A stretch of DNA of 64,000 nucleotides. Source: Eledone cirrhosa (Eukaryota). Below, one piece after another: positions 42,055-55,402 of the stretch. The translations under genes were made by a program, and so were the position numbers. Every line of letters starts with the position of its first letter. The stretch's first letter is position 1. The notes under the pieces are model-generated. The model was not told where the DNA came from. It saw only the letters and a program-made list of their open reading frames with translations, and made no database searches. Where the stretch lies: contig OZ024753.1 of NCBI GenBank assembly GCA_964016885.1, forward strand, positions 27,156,001 through 27,220,000, given 5' to 3'.

Positions 42055-42852
42055 GTGTAGTAGGTGGCTAGATGTTAGATGGACTAACTTCCACCACCAC
42101 TACTACTACTACTGACGCCCACAACCACATCAACTAGATCAATATAACTACAATACCACCGTCATCACCGAAACAGATCCAACCAATTTATCATATCGAC
42201 GAATATTTAATATTTTTATCCTTATTACATTTATTTAAAGTTAATGTTATTATCGTAGTTATTACATTGCAGATATTTTTCACAGCACATTTTTCACATA
42301 TCGAGGAAAATATGTCAAACGACAAAAAAAAAAAAAAAAAAAAAAGAAAAAAAAGATATATAAAACATAAAAACAATAAATATAAAAAGAAGTGAGGAAA
42401 GAAAATTCTGATATTAAATTTTTTTATCGCTTCGTTTTAGTTCCAAAATATTTGAAAATATATTTTCAATTCTTTCAGATTCATTCATTCATTTATTTTA
42501 GTATTTAGCTGTAGTTATTTTCTTAACAAGACCATTTGCTTCACGAAGAAATAGTCTGAAAGAGAATTATATGGAAAGAAAACGCGAATCTATTCGATGA
42601 ATGAACAAGATGTTAATGTGGAGTTATTGATCAGAAGGGTGTTTAGAAAACTAATAGCATATTGGCAAGGTCATCTTCGGTTCCAAACAGATTTCTTAAC
42701 ATTATCAGAGCAGCCAGCCATAAAATTCTGGAACATTTTTTCATTCATTTTCTTCGCTTGAAGGGATTTAGATATTCCTATAAGTCAATATGTGTTTGTG
42801 TGTGTACGTACGAGTATTGAGCTATATTCGGAAACACACTCACACATATATA

Positions 42853-42921
<69 letters not shown>

Positions 42922-43272
42922 AATATATATATTCACATACATACTACGCACACACACACATACATTATATATATATATATATATAATGTATACATATAGT
43001 ATATACACATGTATGTATGCGTGGGTGTGTGTGTGTCTGTGCATTCGTGCGTATATGTATGTGTGAGTGAGTGTGTGTGTGTGTCTATGTGTGTGTATGC
43101 CTGCGTTGGACTGGGTGTAAGTTATGCTCTCTTATTGTGTTAGTTCAGAAATAGATGAAGTGCTTAATATGCGAATGTGACAATTGATAATTTGATTAGT
43201 TAAGCTTTACCATCTTACCTACGACAGTAACTTACTGTTCATGTATCCTATCAACTACTTGACTGCGTCTTG

Positions 43273-43368
<96 letters not shown>

Positions 43369-43387
43369 GTGTCGATCTATTTAGCAG

Positions 43388-44377
43388 TCCTGGGTCAAGC
43401 AAAGACCGATGAAAATGAGCGACTGGCACATCGAATATGCTAAGGCGCTCACAGCCCTCTGGCAGACGGACCCGGCGATCAGTGGAGACTCCACTTCGTC
43501 ATTCTATAGAGGGTTGGTCCGCAGCAAGTGCGACGACGCGCTCGGAGAAACTCTGGCGTAGAGGAAGACGAACTGGCCAGTCTGTTCGGTAGGACCTTCC
43601 GCCCGGGACCGATGGACAACTTCTAAAAGTCCTGGCCTGGCAGTGCTACCGAAGAGCTCTACCAGTTCGAGATAAGCTCTACAGACACGGGCACCCGGGC
43701 AGGGATCCTTCGAAAAAGATCTGTCCGAGATGCGTGCGAGTCGAAGAAACCGTCGCGCACGCATTCGTACACTGCTCGGGCATTACCGACCTGTGGGGCT
43801 ATGTAGAACGACTATTGTCGCGGGTGGGACTAATCCGGTTGACCACCGAGTCCATTGTCATGATCAAACCGCCACTCTCCTTCAAAAACGAAGGAGAGGC
43901 GGTTTTCCTTTATGTGATAGCTATGGTGAAAGAGGTTGTATGGTGGACGAGGTTAAAAGGGATGAGGTCAGACATCTTTCTCTCCGGCCAACAACTGATT
44001 CTTTTTTCCAAATACCACTTTAGAAGAAGAATCAGGATGGAGAGAGAGGTGCTGTACCCCAGCAAGTTTTATGAAAGGTGGGCGAAAGTGGCGAGAATGG
44101 CCCGAGTGAATGGGCCTTCTCTCTATATCAGCCTGTAGGTTGAGGAAAAAGAGGAAGAGAAGAAAGGGGTACTCACTCTTCGTACTCCTGGAGATGAGGG
44201 TTGCACATTTTTTCGGGGGTATGTGTTACCCATATGTAATGTCTCCCCCTATTGGGGAAAATCGATTGATTTTTAAATTGCATTTGTGATAGTATTTTAC
44301 ACGTTTTTATTGTATTAAAACTTCCCCCTTTGTATTTATCCCCTTCTTTTGTGCCTCTGTGGTTAATAAAGAAACAT
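43388..44377 (+). mobile_element. 5'-truncated L1/Tx1 copy
   Basis: Homologous to the 3' end of 51730-57540 (ICPRCVRVEETVAHAFVHC zinc finger) with an AATAAA end. A 13-bp TSD ATCTATTTAGCAG follows a (TCTA)n(TCTG)n tract. Confidence 0.9.
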
Positions 44378-45256
44378 ATCTATTTAGCAGCTATATCCTT
44401 CCTAAATTACACCCTACATACAGCCTTAAAATAAGGAAATATATTATTACATTTGCTAAAGTAGTTCTAATTACGTGTTGCTTATAAAAGAACTATTTGG
44501 TTGCAAGGTCTAGCATTTCGAATTTCTACAGACAGACTTTTCCAATCGCTCGACATGGGTGTGGGTTTTAGTCCTTTGTTAAGGTGTATTATTGATTAAC
44601 TATAAGTCTGTCTTGACTGCACCTTATTTTGGGGGTATTGGGGATGTTCTTTCAATGACTGCATTATCTAATATTTCATTGTTTTTTAAAAACAGTTGAG
44701 CTCAATTTGAGGGCTATTTTTAGCAGTATCCAATATGCTCTTCTCCCATTTTTTTTTGTAAAGAAAGTGGGGTGTGAGCTGGGAAAGATTTGGCTGTTAT
44801 TCTTAGCAGGTCCGTCGTACAATCTCGTAGAGTGTCGTCATTCACTCGTGCTTGTTCATTCATTTAAATATAAATAGTGTCATACCCTTCGCTGTAATTG
44901 ACTTCTACTTTCTCTAACTGCAACATTATGAAGGGATATAAGAGTTTCTATAATCTTAATATTAAAGAAATATGTATTTAGGCCTGTATCATCTAATATC
45001 TCCTGTCTTTTATTCACACACAGTCTAGAACCAGAATAATAACATGGAAGGAAATGTGGCTACCATCTGGATGTATGGGCATATACAAATAGACTAGATA
45101 ACGGAGAGAGTAAAATATAAGTCCAAAGTGGCACACTGAACCTTCTTCAAGATTGAATGCCAGAGTTTGAAGTATGGCCCTCAGCGAAGCAAAGACATCG
45201 GAAATAGATAGTCGGTCGAATGACGAGGTGTATCCTACAAATCTATGTGCTATAAG

Positions 45257-45454
45257 CAGGGTTTCCCAAACTTTTTCAAACACAGAACCCTTTCTCGTTC
45301 AGAAAGTTTTGGGGGAACTGCAAAGTCTTATAGTATAAGACTTTGCGATTCCCCCAAGACTTATACTGTTATATGGTCGTAATATAAATATACCCCACTA
45401 CCTTTTTCACGGAACCTCAGATACTCCTTTGCGGACCCACTTTGGGAACCCCTA
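45257..45454. mobile_element. hAT (Charlie-like) MITE
   Basis: CAGGGTTTCCCAAAC ... CTTTGGGAACCCCT, with imperfect flanking repeat TGCTATAAG/TGCCATAGG. Confidence 0.6.
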
Positions 45455-46069
45455 TGCCATAGGAATGCTTAATTATTGCTTACCTAGAGCAACAGCAACA
45501 GCAATAACGAGATTCCCTGTAGCTAAATTACTAGACAGTTATTTCAATTAATTTATCTATATATTTATAACTCAAGGGTTTCTATACACAAACTCTTTTA
45601 AAGAGCGTTTTTGCTGAGAAAATCTCTCCGGGATTATTTTCTACATAATTCTAACACATAATTCGAAGCTAGTGTAATATGATCAGCGCCATTTTTATTT
45701 TAGCATACTAATGGATTTTTTTCCATCGTCTGACAGTTGGCAATCTTTTATGATTTACTAGTTTTGACATCGACCAAATATATCAGCACAGCAATTAAAA
45801 CGGATAACAGTGAAAATGACAGCGAAATGATGACGATGATGACAACTCTGCTGATACATTAATCTGATACGGCTAACTTTCTCTCTAAAGCTTACTTAAG
45901 ATAAGGGACAATAAGTTATCACAAATGGTGTGTCATTAACTGCATAAGTATGTCATTAACTGCCTAAATGAGACATTTAAATTACTATTTTAGCCTTGAA
46001 TACGGCAATATTTCACTCAAGTTCATCCCTGCTGAATAATTTACCCATTATAATAATAATAATACTGAT

Positions 46070-46262
46070 AGTAGTTTTTGATTTAGGCGCAAGGCCAGCA
46101 ATTTTGGGACAGAAGAAAGTCGATTAAATTGACCTCAGTATGTTACAGGTACTTTATTTTATCAATCTCGTAAGGATGAAAGGCAAAGCTAACCTCGGCG
46201 GGAATTGAACTCAGAACGTAAAGAGCGAGAATACATACTGCTAAGAATTTCATTTGTCCGAC
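46070..46262 (-). mobile_element. SINE, diverged longer-tail subfamily
   Basis: Core GGTACTTTATTTTATC...GGATGAAAGGCAAAG...GAACTCAG on the plus strand. Confidence 0.7.
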
Positions 46263-47939
46263 AAGATCAGCTGGAAGGAGTGTTTGAGGAATCTCCCTCC
46301 ACGACCCTCTCAGGAATAAATGAGTGAAGTAGAAGAAGATTCTGTTCAGCCATGTTATAATAAAAGACATTAACTTAACATGATTCTCATATAAAATTAT
46401 GTTGGAAGATTTTATTTAAAATAAGAACCCTTTAAAATGTGCGGTTTTGTTTCTTAGAACCAGAGGTGGTTTTGGCCAGGTTGGCATAAAAAAGGATAAC
46501 TTTGTTTTTATTCTTTATTCGTCCCGCGCCTATTCTAGCTCCCCTAATTGACCTTGTTTCTTTGAAGTGTTCGCTGTTTCATTTCTTTCAGCTACATCAA
46601 CTACCAATTTCATCCATTGATCACTGTACCGCAACAGACAATCGTTCCCTATCGCCAGTTGAAACTCCACTCCCCGCATGCGTGTTTTCTTATTTTCTCT
46701 TGATATTTTTCTATAAAACCTTCCTTAAACTTATCAATTCAAAACAGTACACTATTCCACATCAAGTTTACAGAAGGAGTTCAATAAGCTGCTGGTGCAA
46801 TCCCAAATTCTTCTAAAATTTTTCTAAAAACTGCTATATATATATATCTGGCCTTCGAGAAACCTCAATTAACTCACGACTCGCACTCACCTTTAGTTCC
46901 TGCGTACATTCGCCGTCTCGGAATAATTCGCCCCCTTTTCTCATTTGCCTCCTCAAGGTGCCCCCTTAGGTAATGGAGAGTTCTTATAGAACTGTCGGCT
47001 TTGAAGCTTCTAAGTTCAACACCATACTTGGCCTCAACGATGTTATGGTGAGAATTCCCAGGAACTTCAGCATCTCATCCTTCTAGGAGAAATTGCGTCA
47101 CTCCAGTTTCGGGATATGATTCGCTCTTTTTGCATATATATGCTTCCCACATATATATCCTTCCCACATATATATCCTAACCACAATATCCTTCCTTTTA
47201 TACGGCCGTAGTATGTCATTTGAGGGAGAACTAGCTGTTATTTCTAACAAATCGTGTAATTGCGTACAAGTCGGTCTCACGTCAACTCGAATCAATCAAA
47301 AACAATTTCAGCAAGTGAAGAATTCTAAAGATTTATTTCTCTGAGCAACAAAAATAAATGTTGCAGATGATGAAGCGGCTTTTAATCGTTTCTTTCATGT
47401 GTTTGTGAACATCTTTTATAGATTGTAAAGCGTGTTGTTGTTGCTGTTGTTGTTGTTATTGCTGCTGCTGCTTCTGTGTTGTTGTTGTTGCCGCTGCCAT
47501 GACCATCCCCCGATTATAATTATCTGATGAGTACTTTTTAAAAAAACTTATTAGCTAGTGTTGTTGACGTTAAGACCTTGACCAACCCTGATCGAGCAGA
47601 CCGATTACCAAAGCCTTTCTATTAATGACCATCTCATTTGTTTGTATATCTAAGACTACATTATTCAATGTGTCCATCCATAGTAAAATTGATCTAATCT
47701 CTTGTTGATGTTGTTGTTGGTATTTAGCGCCAGATCAAGTTTGATAGGGTAGACCTTTGATCAAAATAGTCCTAGCAGTGACCATAAGGTCTTTCCTTCA
47801 AAAGGGTATGATTTAAGAGAGATTTGGCTGCTATTTTTTAGCAAGATGAGTGAATACGCAAAGTTTGTTCTATTAGCTCGAACACATCCTGTGTTATCAG
47901 TTAGAGAGAGGGAGAGAGACGGGAATAACAGGAAAGGAT

Positions 47940-48126
47940 ATAATTGTTTCTACTTTTTGGCACAAGGCCAGCAATTAACCCAGTGTATTACTGGTACTTT
48001 ATTTTATCGACCCCGAAAGGATGAAAGGCAAAGTTAACCTCGGCGGGATTTGAACTCAGAATGGCAAGGACCGTAACTCTATGCGTCAAAGCATGGCGTC
48101 CGACCCTCTACTGATACTGCCAATCC
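47940..48126 (-). mobile_element. tRNA-derived SINE
   Basis: Homologous to 29000-29188. Confidence 0.85.
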
Positions 48127-48246
48127 TAAGAATTGTATATATATATATATATATACACACACACATACACACATGCACACACACACTCACACACACACAT
48201 ACACACACATATATACATATATATATACACACAAACACATATATAC

Positions 48247-48292
<46 letters not shown>

Positions 48293-48636
48293 GTATATAT
48301 ATATGTATATATATATTTCTATATATATGTATGTGTGTATATATATGTTTGTATATGTATATCTATATCTATCTATCTCTATATATATGTATATATATGT
48401 ATATATATATGTATATATATATGTATATATATATATATGTATGTGTGTATATATATATGTTTGTATATGTATATATATTTATATCTATATATCTATATAT
48501 ATATATGTATATACATGTGTGTGTGAGTGTGTGTCTGTCTGTTTGTGAGTGTGTGTGCATGTGTGTGTATATATATATATACACATATATATATACATAT
48601 ATATATACACATATATATATATACATATATAAATAC

Positions 48637-48795
<159 letters not shown>

Positions 48796-48804
48796 TATAT
48801 AAAC

Positions 48805-48837
<33 letters not shown>

Positions 48838-48866
48838 CATATATATACATATATTTATATATATAC

Positions 48867-48967
<101 letters not shown>

Positions 48968-48982
48968 CATATAAATATATAT

Positions 48983-49645
48983 ATATTGTTATACTTGGGG
49001 AGGGTCATATTTGTGTAATATTGCCAGAATTAATAACAGAACACACTCACTGTTTGGTTGGTTTTCGCTTCTCGCTGTCTTTTATATCGGTAATCTAACT
49101 TACTCGGTCCTCAATGTTGCCATTGACTGAACGACGGTCAAAAAATAATACAGATACAATATAGACACAAACACATATATATAGTTTATCATAAATCTTT
49201 CGTTGCACATCTGCAACATCGTCAGTGGTGTTATATTTTCCTCCTGTTGTGTTGTATGTCTACGCCATTTTTATTCAGTCTGTCTATGATAGACAGACTG
49301 AATAAAAATAAAAATGGCGTAGACATACAACACAACAGGAGGAAAATATAACACCACTGACGATGTTGCAGATGTGCAACGAAAGGTTTATGATAAACTA
49401 TATATATGTGTTTGTGTCTATATTGTATCTGTATTATGTTTTGACCATCGGTCAGTCAATGGCAACATTGAGGACCGAGTAAGTTAGATTACCGATATAA
49501 AAGACAGCGAGAAGCGAAAACCAACCAAACAGTGAGTGTGTTCTGTTATTAATTCTGGCAATATTACACAAATATGACCCTCCCCAAGTATAACAATATT
49601 TGTTTTGACACACGATTTCATATAAAAAACCTCGCAAAACTAAAT
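48983..49645. mobile_element. Near-perfect ~617-bp palindrome with hammerhead-like cores (family D)
   Basis: Arms 48983-49287 and 49289-49599 with a 1-nt centre. The right arm extends to ~49645, with (TA)n flanks. Confidence 0.85.
49357..49402 (+). ncRNA. Hammerhead-like core, stem I not resolved (mirror copy ~49182-49225 on the minus strand)
   Basis: CTGACGA-t-GTTGCA gatg TGCAAC-GAAA-gGTTTA tga TAAAC-TA. Confidence 0.45.
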
Positions 49646-51094
49646 ATATATACATATATATATATTTAATACAATAACAGAGATAGTTTAAAGCTAAACT
49701 CTGACTGGCAACCATCTCACTCAACAAACATTAGGTTATATTTAAATATAAACCCAATTTAAGTGTTTGGGGTGCTAACAATTTGTATAATGTGGAAAAA
49801 CCAGTTGTATTATTTTATGAGATATAATTAAAGTTAAAGTATATCTCTCTTTCCAAACAATTGTTTCATTATAAGTTTTCTACAAGTTAGGAGAATGTTT
49901 CCAGTTTATGTAGAAGCCTAATATATATTCATGTAAGAATATATTTAGGTGGGCACTTATAAATCATCAGTGGAATTTTGATATAAGAAAATAATTTCTT
50001 ACCGCTGTCAAAAATCGTGTCCGTAAAGTTGCTCTCTCTCGGCTCGAATGACCGCCAAATTTGAAATTCCAGCAGTTTTTGACTGAGGAAGTATCATAGC
50101 GACACGAAGCGGGAAGGGGAGACAACCCACGATCCACGAAATAAGGAAAAAAAATAATATACACGCGGGTTAATTAGTTTTTTTGAAAACATTATCAATC
50201 CAACGTGTTTAAGAACTCAATTGAAAATAAAAAAATAAATATATGCTTGTATAAATTACACACGCATATAGATATTTTCTTAGGCTATATATATGTACAC
50301 ACACACACATATATATATATATGAATATGATTGAAAGCTGAAACTTCTCCAATCTTTCCCCGTGTTTCCCATCTCCAATGATTGGACACACCTTATGTTA
50401 TTATGTCTCAGTTTTCATAATTGGCTGAAAATCAGGTGAAATTTCAGTTTCCAATTAAATATCCATGTACTTTCATTATTGAGTACTTTGTTTTTATATA
50501 TTTGTACACTTAAAAGAACATTCGCACGCACACACATACACATACGAACACACATACAAATGCATATGCACTCACATATATAAATACATATATAAACTCA
50601 CGCTGAGAAGATTAGAAGGAGAGAGGGTAAGAGAGGTGTAAGATGTATAAATATAGATATAGAGAGATAATTAATGATGGAAAATAGAGAGGGAGAGAGT
50701 GTGTGTGTAAGACTGAGAAAGGTAGCTTGTGTATGAGAGAAAGCTTGTGTGTGAGAGAAAGAGAGAGAGAGAGAGAGGGAAAGAGAGAAAGAGAGAGAGC
50801 GAGGTAAGTAGACAGGGTGAGGCTACAATGTAAAAATAATTGACTACGTAGAGAGAAAACGTGTGGTGGAGAAATTACTTATCTACACACATACACATAT
50901 ATACACACATACACGCACACATGCACACATACACGCACATATACACATACATACACACGCGCACGCACACGCACAAACGCATATAGACATATGTACTCAT
51001 TTACATATATACACTTGCAAATATATGTGTATGGACGTATGTATAAAATAAAAGCGAATGAGCTAGATTGATAGATAGATAGATAGATATTTAG

Positions 51095-51510
51095 ATATGT
51101 TTCTTTATTAGCCACAGGGGCACAAAAGAAGGGGACAAATACAAAGGGGGAAGTTTACATACAATAAAAACGTGTAAAATATTATCACAAATGCAATTTA
51201 AAAATTAATCGATTTTCCCCAATAGGCGGAGACATTACATATGGGTAACACATACCCCCGAAAAAAAGATGTGCAACCCTCATCTCCAGGAGTACAAAGA
51301 GTTTGTACTCCTTTCCTCTCCTCTCAACCTACAGGCTGATATAGAGAGAAGGCCCATTCACTCGGGCCATTCTCGCCACTTTCACCCACCTTTCATAAAA
51401 CTTGCTGGGGTACAGCACCTCTCTCTCCATCCTGATTCTTCTTCCAAAGTGGTATTTGAAAAAAAGAATCAGTTGTTGGCCGGAGAGAAAGGTGTCTGAC
51501 CTCAGCCCTT
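51095..51510 (-). mobile_element. Short 3' fragment of the L1/Tx1 family
   Basis: Closely similar to 43955-44377 and embedded in (TAGA)n on both sides. Confidence 0.85.
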
Positions 51511-52014
51511 TATAGATAGATATGTAGATAGATATGTAGATAGATATATAGATAGATATGTAGATAGATCTATAGATATATATATATGTAGATAGATATA
51601 TAGATAGATATGTAGATAGATATATAGATAGATATGTGATAGATATGTAGATAGATATGTATGTAGATATGTAGATAGATATGTAGATAGATATGTAGAT
51701 AGATAAATAAATATATATGTAGATAATTAGATATATTTCTTTATTTACCATAAAGGCATAAAAAGAAGGGACAAATACAAAGGGGGAGTTTACATACAAT
51801 CGAGTAAAAAGGGTATAAAATGAAAATAATCGAAAATAACCTCAAAAGGGAGGGGACGTGATGGGGGTTGCACACACCCCCGAAAAAGTGTGCAATCCTT
51901 TGCCCGGGGAGCACATGGAGAAGGTGCTCCCCTCTCCTTTACTTCTTTAACTACAGGATGGTATACAGAGAAGGCCCATTTACACGAGCCATTCTCGCCA
52001 CTATCGCCCACCTT

Positions 52015-55000
52015 TCATAAAACTGCCCGTTTTATTCCGAAGTGATATCGGAAGAAGTTGACCAGACTATGGCCAGAGAGGAAGTTGCCTGACCTCAGAC
52101 CTTTCAATCGTATCCACCAAACAACCTCTTTCAACATGGCTATTACGCACAGAAAAACCGCCTTTGCTTCCTTTGTGAAGAGGGGAGGCGGTTTGATTGT
52201 CATCACGGACTCGGCGGTCAATTGAATCGGTGCCACCCGCGACAGCAGTCGTTCGGAGTAGCCCCACAGATCAGCCACGCCCGGACATTGCACCAATGCG
52301 TGCGCAACGATTTCTTCGTGACGCACACATCTAGGGCAAATCTTTTTTGAGGGATCCCTGCCCGGGCGCCCGTGTCTGTAGAGCCTCTCTCGAACGGGTA
52401 GAGCCCCTCGGTAGCACTGCCAGGCCAGTGATTTCTGGAAGTTGTCCATTGGTCCTGGGCCGAAAGTCCTACCGAACAGACTGGCCAGTTCGTCTTCTTC
52501 CATGTCCAGCGACTCTCCAAGGGTGTCATCGCCCCTGCTAGCCACCAGCCCTCTATAGAATGATGAGGTGGATTCTCCACCGATGGCCTGGCCCGCTTGC
52601 CAGAGAGCCCTGAGCGCCTGAGCACACTCAGTGTGCCAGTCTCCCAGTTTTCCGGATCTTTGCTTGACCCAGGACTGTAGCTCGGTGAGCGAGACGAGTC
52701 TCGGAAAGGCTCGTTTCACGAATGGAGCCCACACCGGTTGACCAGTGAGGAATACCTGTAGGTGCCGTAGCCTTAATGCGTGCCTACGCATCATCAACCA
52801 CGGCATCCCCAGCCCTCCTTTCGAAGGTTGTTGGCAGCAGATGGATCTTCTCACCATAGGAGGGCGCTTCTTCCAAAGAAATTGGAAGAGCATGCGTTCC
52901 ATGGTGGTGAGTGTTTCCTTAGGGCAAGGCACGACAGTCAGGCGGTAGTAAGTGACGGACGCTATGTAAATGTTCGCCACCTCCGCCCGGCCTTTTAGGG
53001 ACAGCTTACACTTGGCCCATTTCTGGGTTAGTGCAAACACCTTGTTCGTAACCTCGTTCCAGTTCTTTTCCACCTAGAGGTCCGGTCCAAACCAGACCCC
53101 AAGCAACTTTACTGGGCCCTCCGTCCAGTGTCCGACGACACCGTCGGGAGGCATCGGTCTGCCTCTCCACGTTCCGAGTTGCAGCCCGATGGATTTTTCC
53201 CGGTTCAGTTTCGCTCCTGACAACCTTTCGTAATCCTCCAGTAAGGTACCGATTGCCTCGATCTCCGAGTCGGTCGATACCATTACTGTTACGTCATCGG
53301 CGTAGGCCGACACCGCTTTGCTCAATCCTGGTTCCAGGGGGATACCCTGCAACAACTCCAACTTCCTCAGTAAAGGCTCGAGAGTCAATACGTACAGAAG
53401 GGAGGAGAGAGGGCACCCCTGTCGAATGGATCGTGTGATTTCGAACGGCTTCGAAAGGTAGCCGTTCACCTTGATCCTAGAACAGATGTGGTTGCTATGT
53501 AAGGCAGTGATCCAGCCTCTAAAAACAGGACCGAACCCAGCCGCCGCTAGCACCGCATCCAGGTAACCATGGTCGACCCTATCGAAGGCCTTAGACTGAT
53601 CCAAGTTGATCAGGGCCCCACCGAAGCCGGGTTTGTTGCCAACCCTCTCTATGATGTATCGCATGAGGTGGAGGTTATCGGAGGTTATCGTGAATGGACC
53701 TGGATGGGATAGCACATGTCTGCGCATCTCCCACCAGGCCACCCACGACAAGCGCCAACCTCTTTGCTAACACCTTGGCCAAAATCTTTAACTCTGTGTT
53801 TAGCAGGGTTATGGGCCGAAAATTATTTATACTATCTCCCTTGTTCTCGTCCTTCCTCACCAGCGTGACTACGCCCTTGGCTACAGAACAAGGAATTCTC
53901 CCGTTCTGCTGCCAATCGCAGTAGACCGCTTCGAGGAGTTCGGAGAAGAAGACCGGCATTGCTAAATAAAGTTCGTAAGGTATACCATCGAGACCTGGAG
54001 ATTTGCGTCTGCTGCATTGGCTCAGCGCATCTCCGATCTCATCAGCCGAGATTGGTCCCTCGCAGGACTCTGCCTCTTCGCTCGAGAGACGCGGCAGGCC
54101 GTCGAGTTATGAACCGAAATCCACGTCCCCGCCCGGACCCTCGCCTCCCCCGAACAATCGGGCAAAGTGCCTTTGAAAGGCCTCGCACATCTGCTTAGGC
54201 TCCCGGATCACCCGTCCATCTTCGTCTTGCAACGACCGGATGGTGGATCGATTTCCACTCTTAGCTTCTGTCACGCGGGCCCAGCCAACGGCTTTGGCCC
54301 CCTCATTACCTAGAGCACGTATTTTACTTCGAATGACGCAGCCTTCGTGCTTTGCATCGAAAAACTGGTTCAAGGCCGTCCTCGATGCCAGCACTCTGGC
54401 CACATCTTCACTCTTGATTGCCTCTTCTAACTTACCTGTTAATTCTTTCTCGTTTCTATTCCTATCGGCAGCTAACATCTTGCTATAACTTATTGATTCT
54501 GTTTTAATCTCTCTTTTGAGAGATGCCCACCATCGGTTGTTGACGATTGCACCCGTCAACCTCTCCTTAACTAATCTGCTAATCCGGTTTCTGTAAGTCT
54601 CTTTTGCCGGTAAAGACAAATTAAGTTTCCAGTAACCGGGACCCTGTTTATGTGTTTTCTCGAGATTGACTACGCAGGTCACTAATTTGTGATCCGTGTA
54701 GCCAACCGTGCGCATTTCTGGACCGCTTAATATGTCCCTATCCTTACTTCTAACTAAGAATCTATCTAAGTACGATCTAGATTGACCACTGTGGTTTCTC
54801 CAAGTCCAGGTAGGCACAGTTGGAAAATCTAGTCGATATCTATCGATCAAGTTAAAACGGTCGAGTAACCCCTTGAGGCTGTTACACCTCCCTCTATTAG
54901 GACATGGTCCTGCATAGTCCCAACGTGCATCTAGGATGTCATTCCAATCCCCCGCTAGAAGCAGGGAACGCGACGTTCCCAGAAAAGTCTCTAAACGCTG

Positions 55001-55369
55001 GAAGAAGTCGGGCCGTTCAGCTCCGAAAGGGGAGTAGACGGCGACCAGTCTTAAGGCCGCACCTTCACTACTGCCAACGTCTAGCACCAACAAACGACTC
55101 TCCGGGTCCGAGTGCACAACCTGTACGGCAAGACCCAGGTGTTTTTGCAGCAGTACGACAACCCCACCCCCACCTCCAGGTTGACAGAGAGATGCATGCA
55201 CCTCAAAGTCATCGAAGGTAGGGGCCAGCTGCCGCACGACGCTGATCCGAGTCTCACAGATAACCATTACATTTATACCACATGACCTGAGGTCATTTAG
55301 AAGCTTTGCTTGCTTCCAAGTTGAGCCCAGGCCACGTGCATTCACACATCCTACTCTTAACACATCCAT
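52015..55369 (-). pseudogene. L1/Tx1 ORF2 (APE endonuclease, RT, C-terminal zinc finger), disrupted
   Basis: CVNARGL, AGDWN, YLDRF, TDH, SPGLDG, NFRPITLLN, LDQSKAFD, RQGCPLS, AYADD and CPRC...H...C. Lesions: in-frame TAA 54107-54109, 10-bp duplication 53670-53689, in-frame TAG 53074-53076 and a small 3' deletion. Confidence 0.92.
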
Positions 55370-55402
55370 GTGGGCGGCAGAGCCAAAGGAGAGTGTAGAG
55401 AC

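Noticed and set aside
46500-47110. Possible piggyBac transposase relic (EMLKFLGIL on the minus strand)
   Set aside because: It is a single short motif among many stops, which is too little to call.
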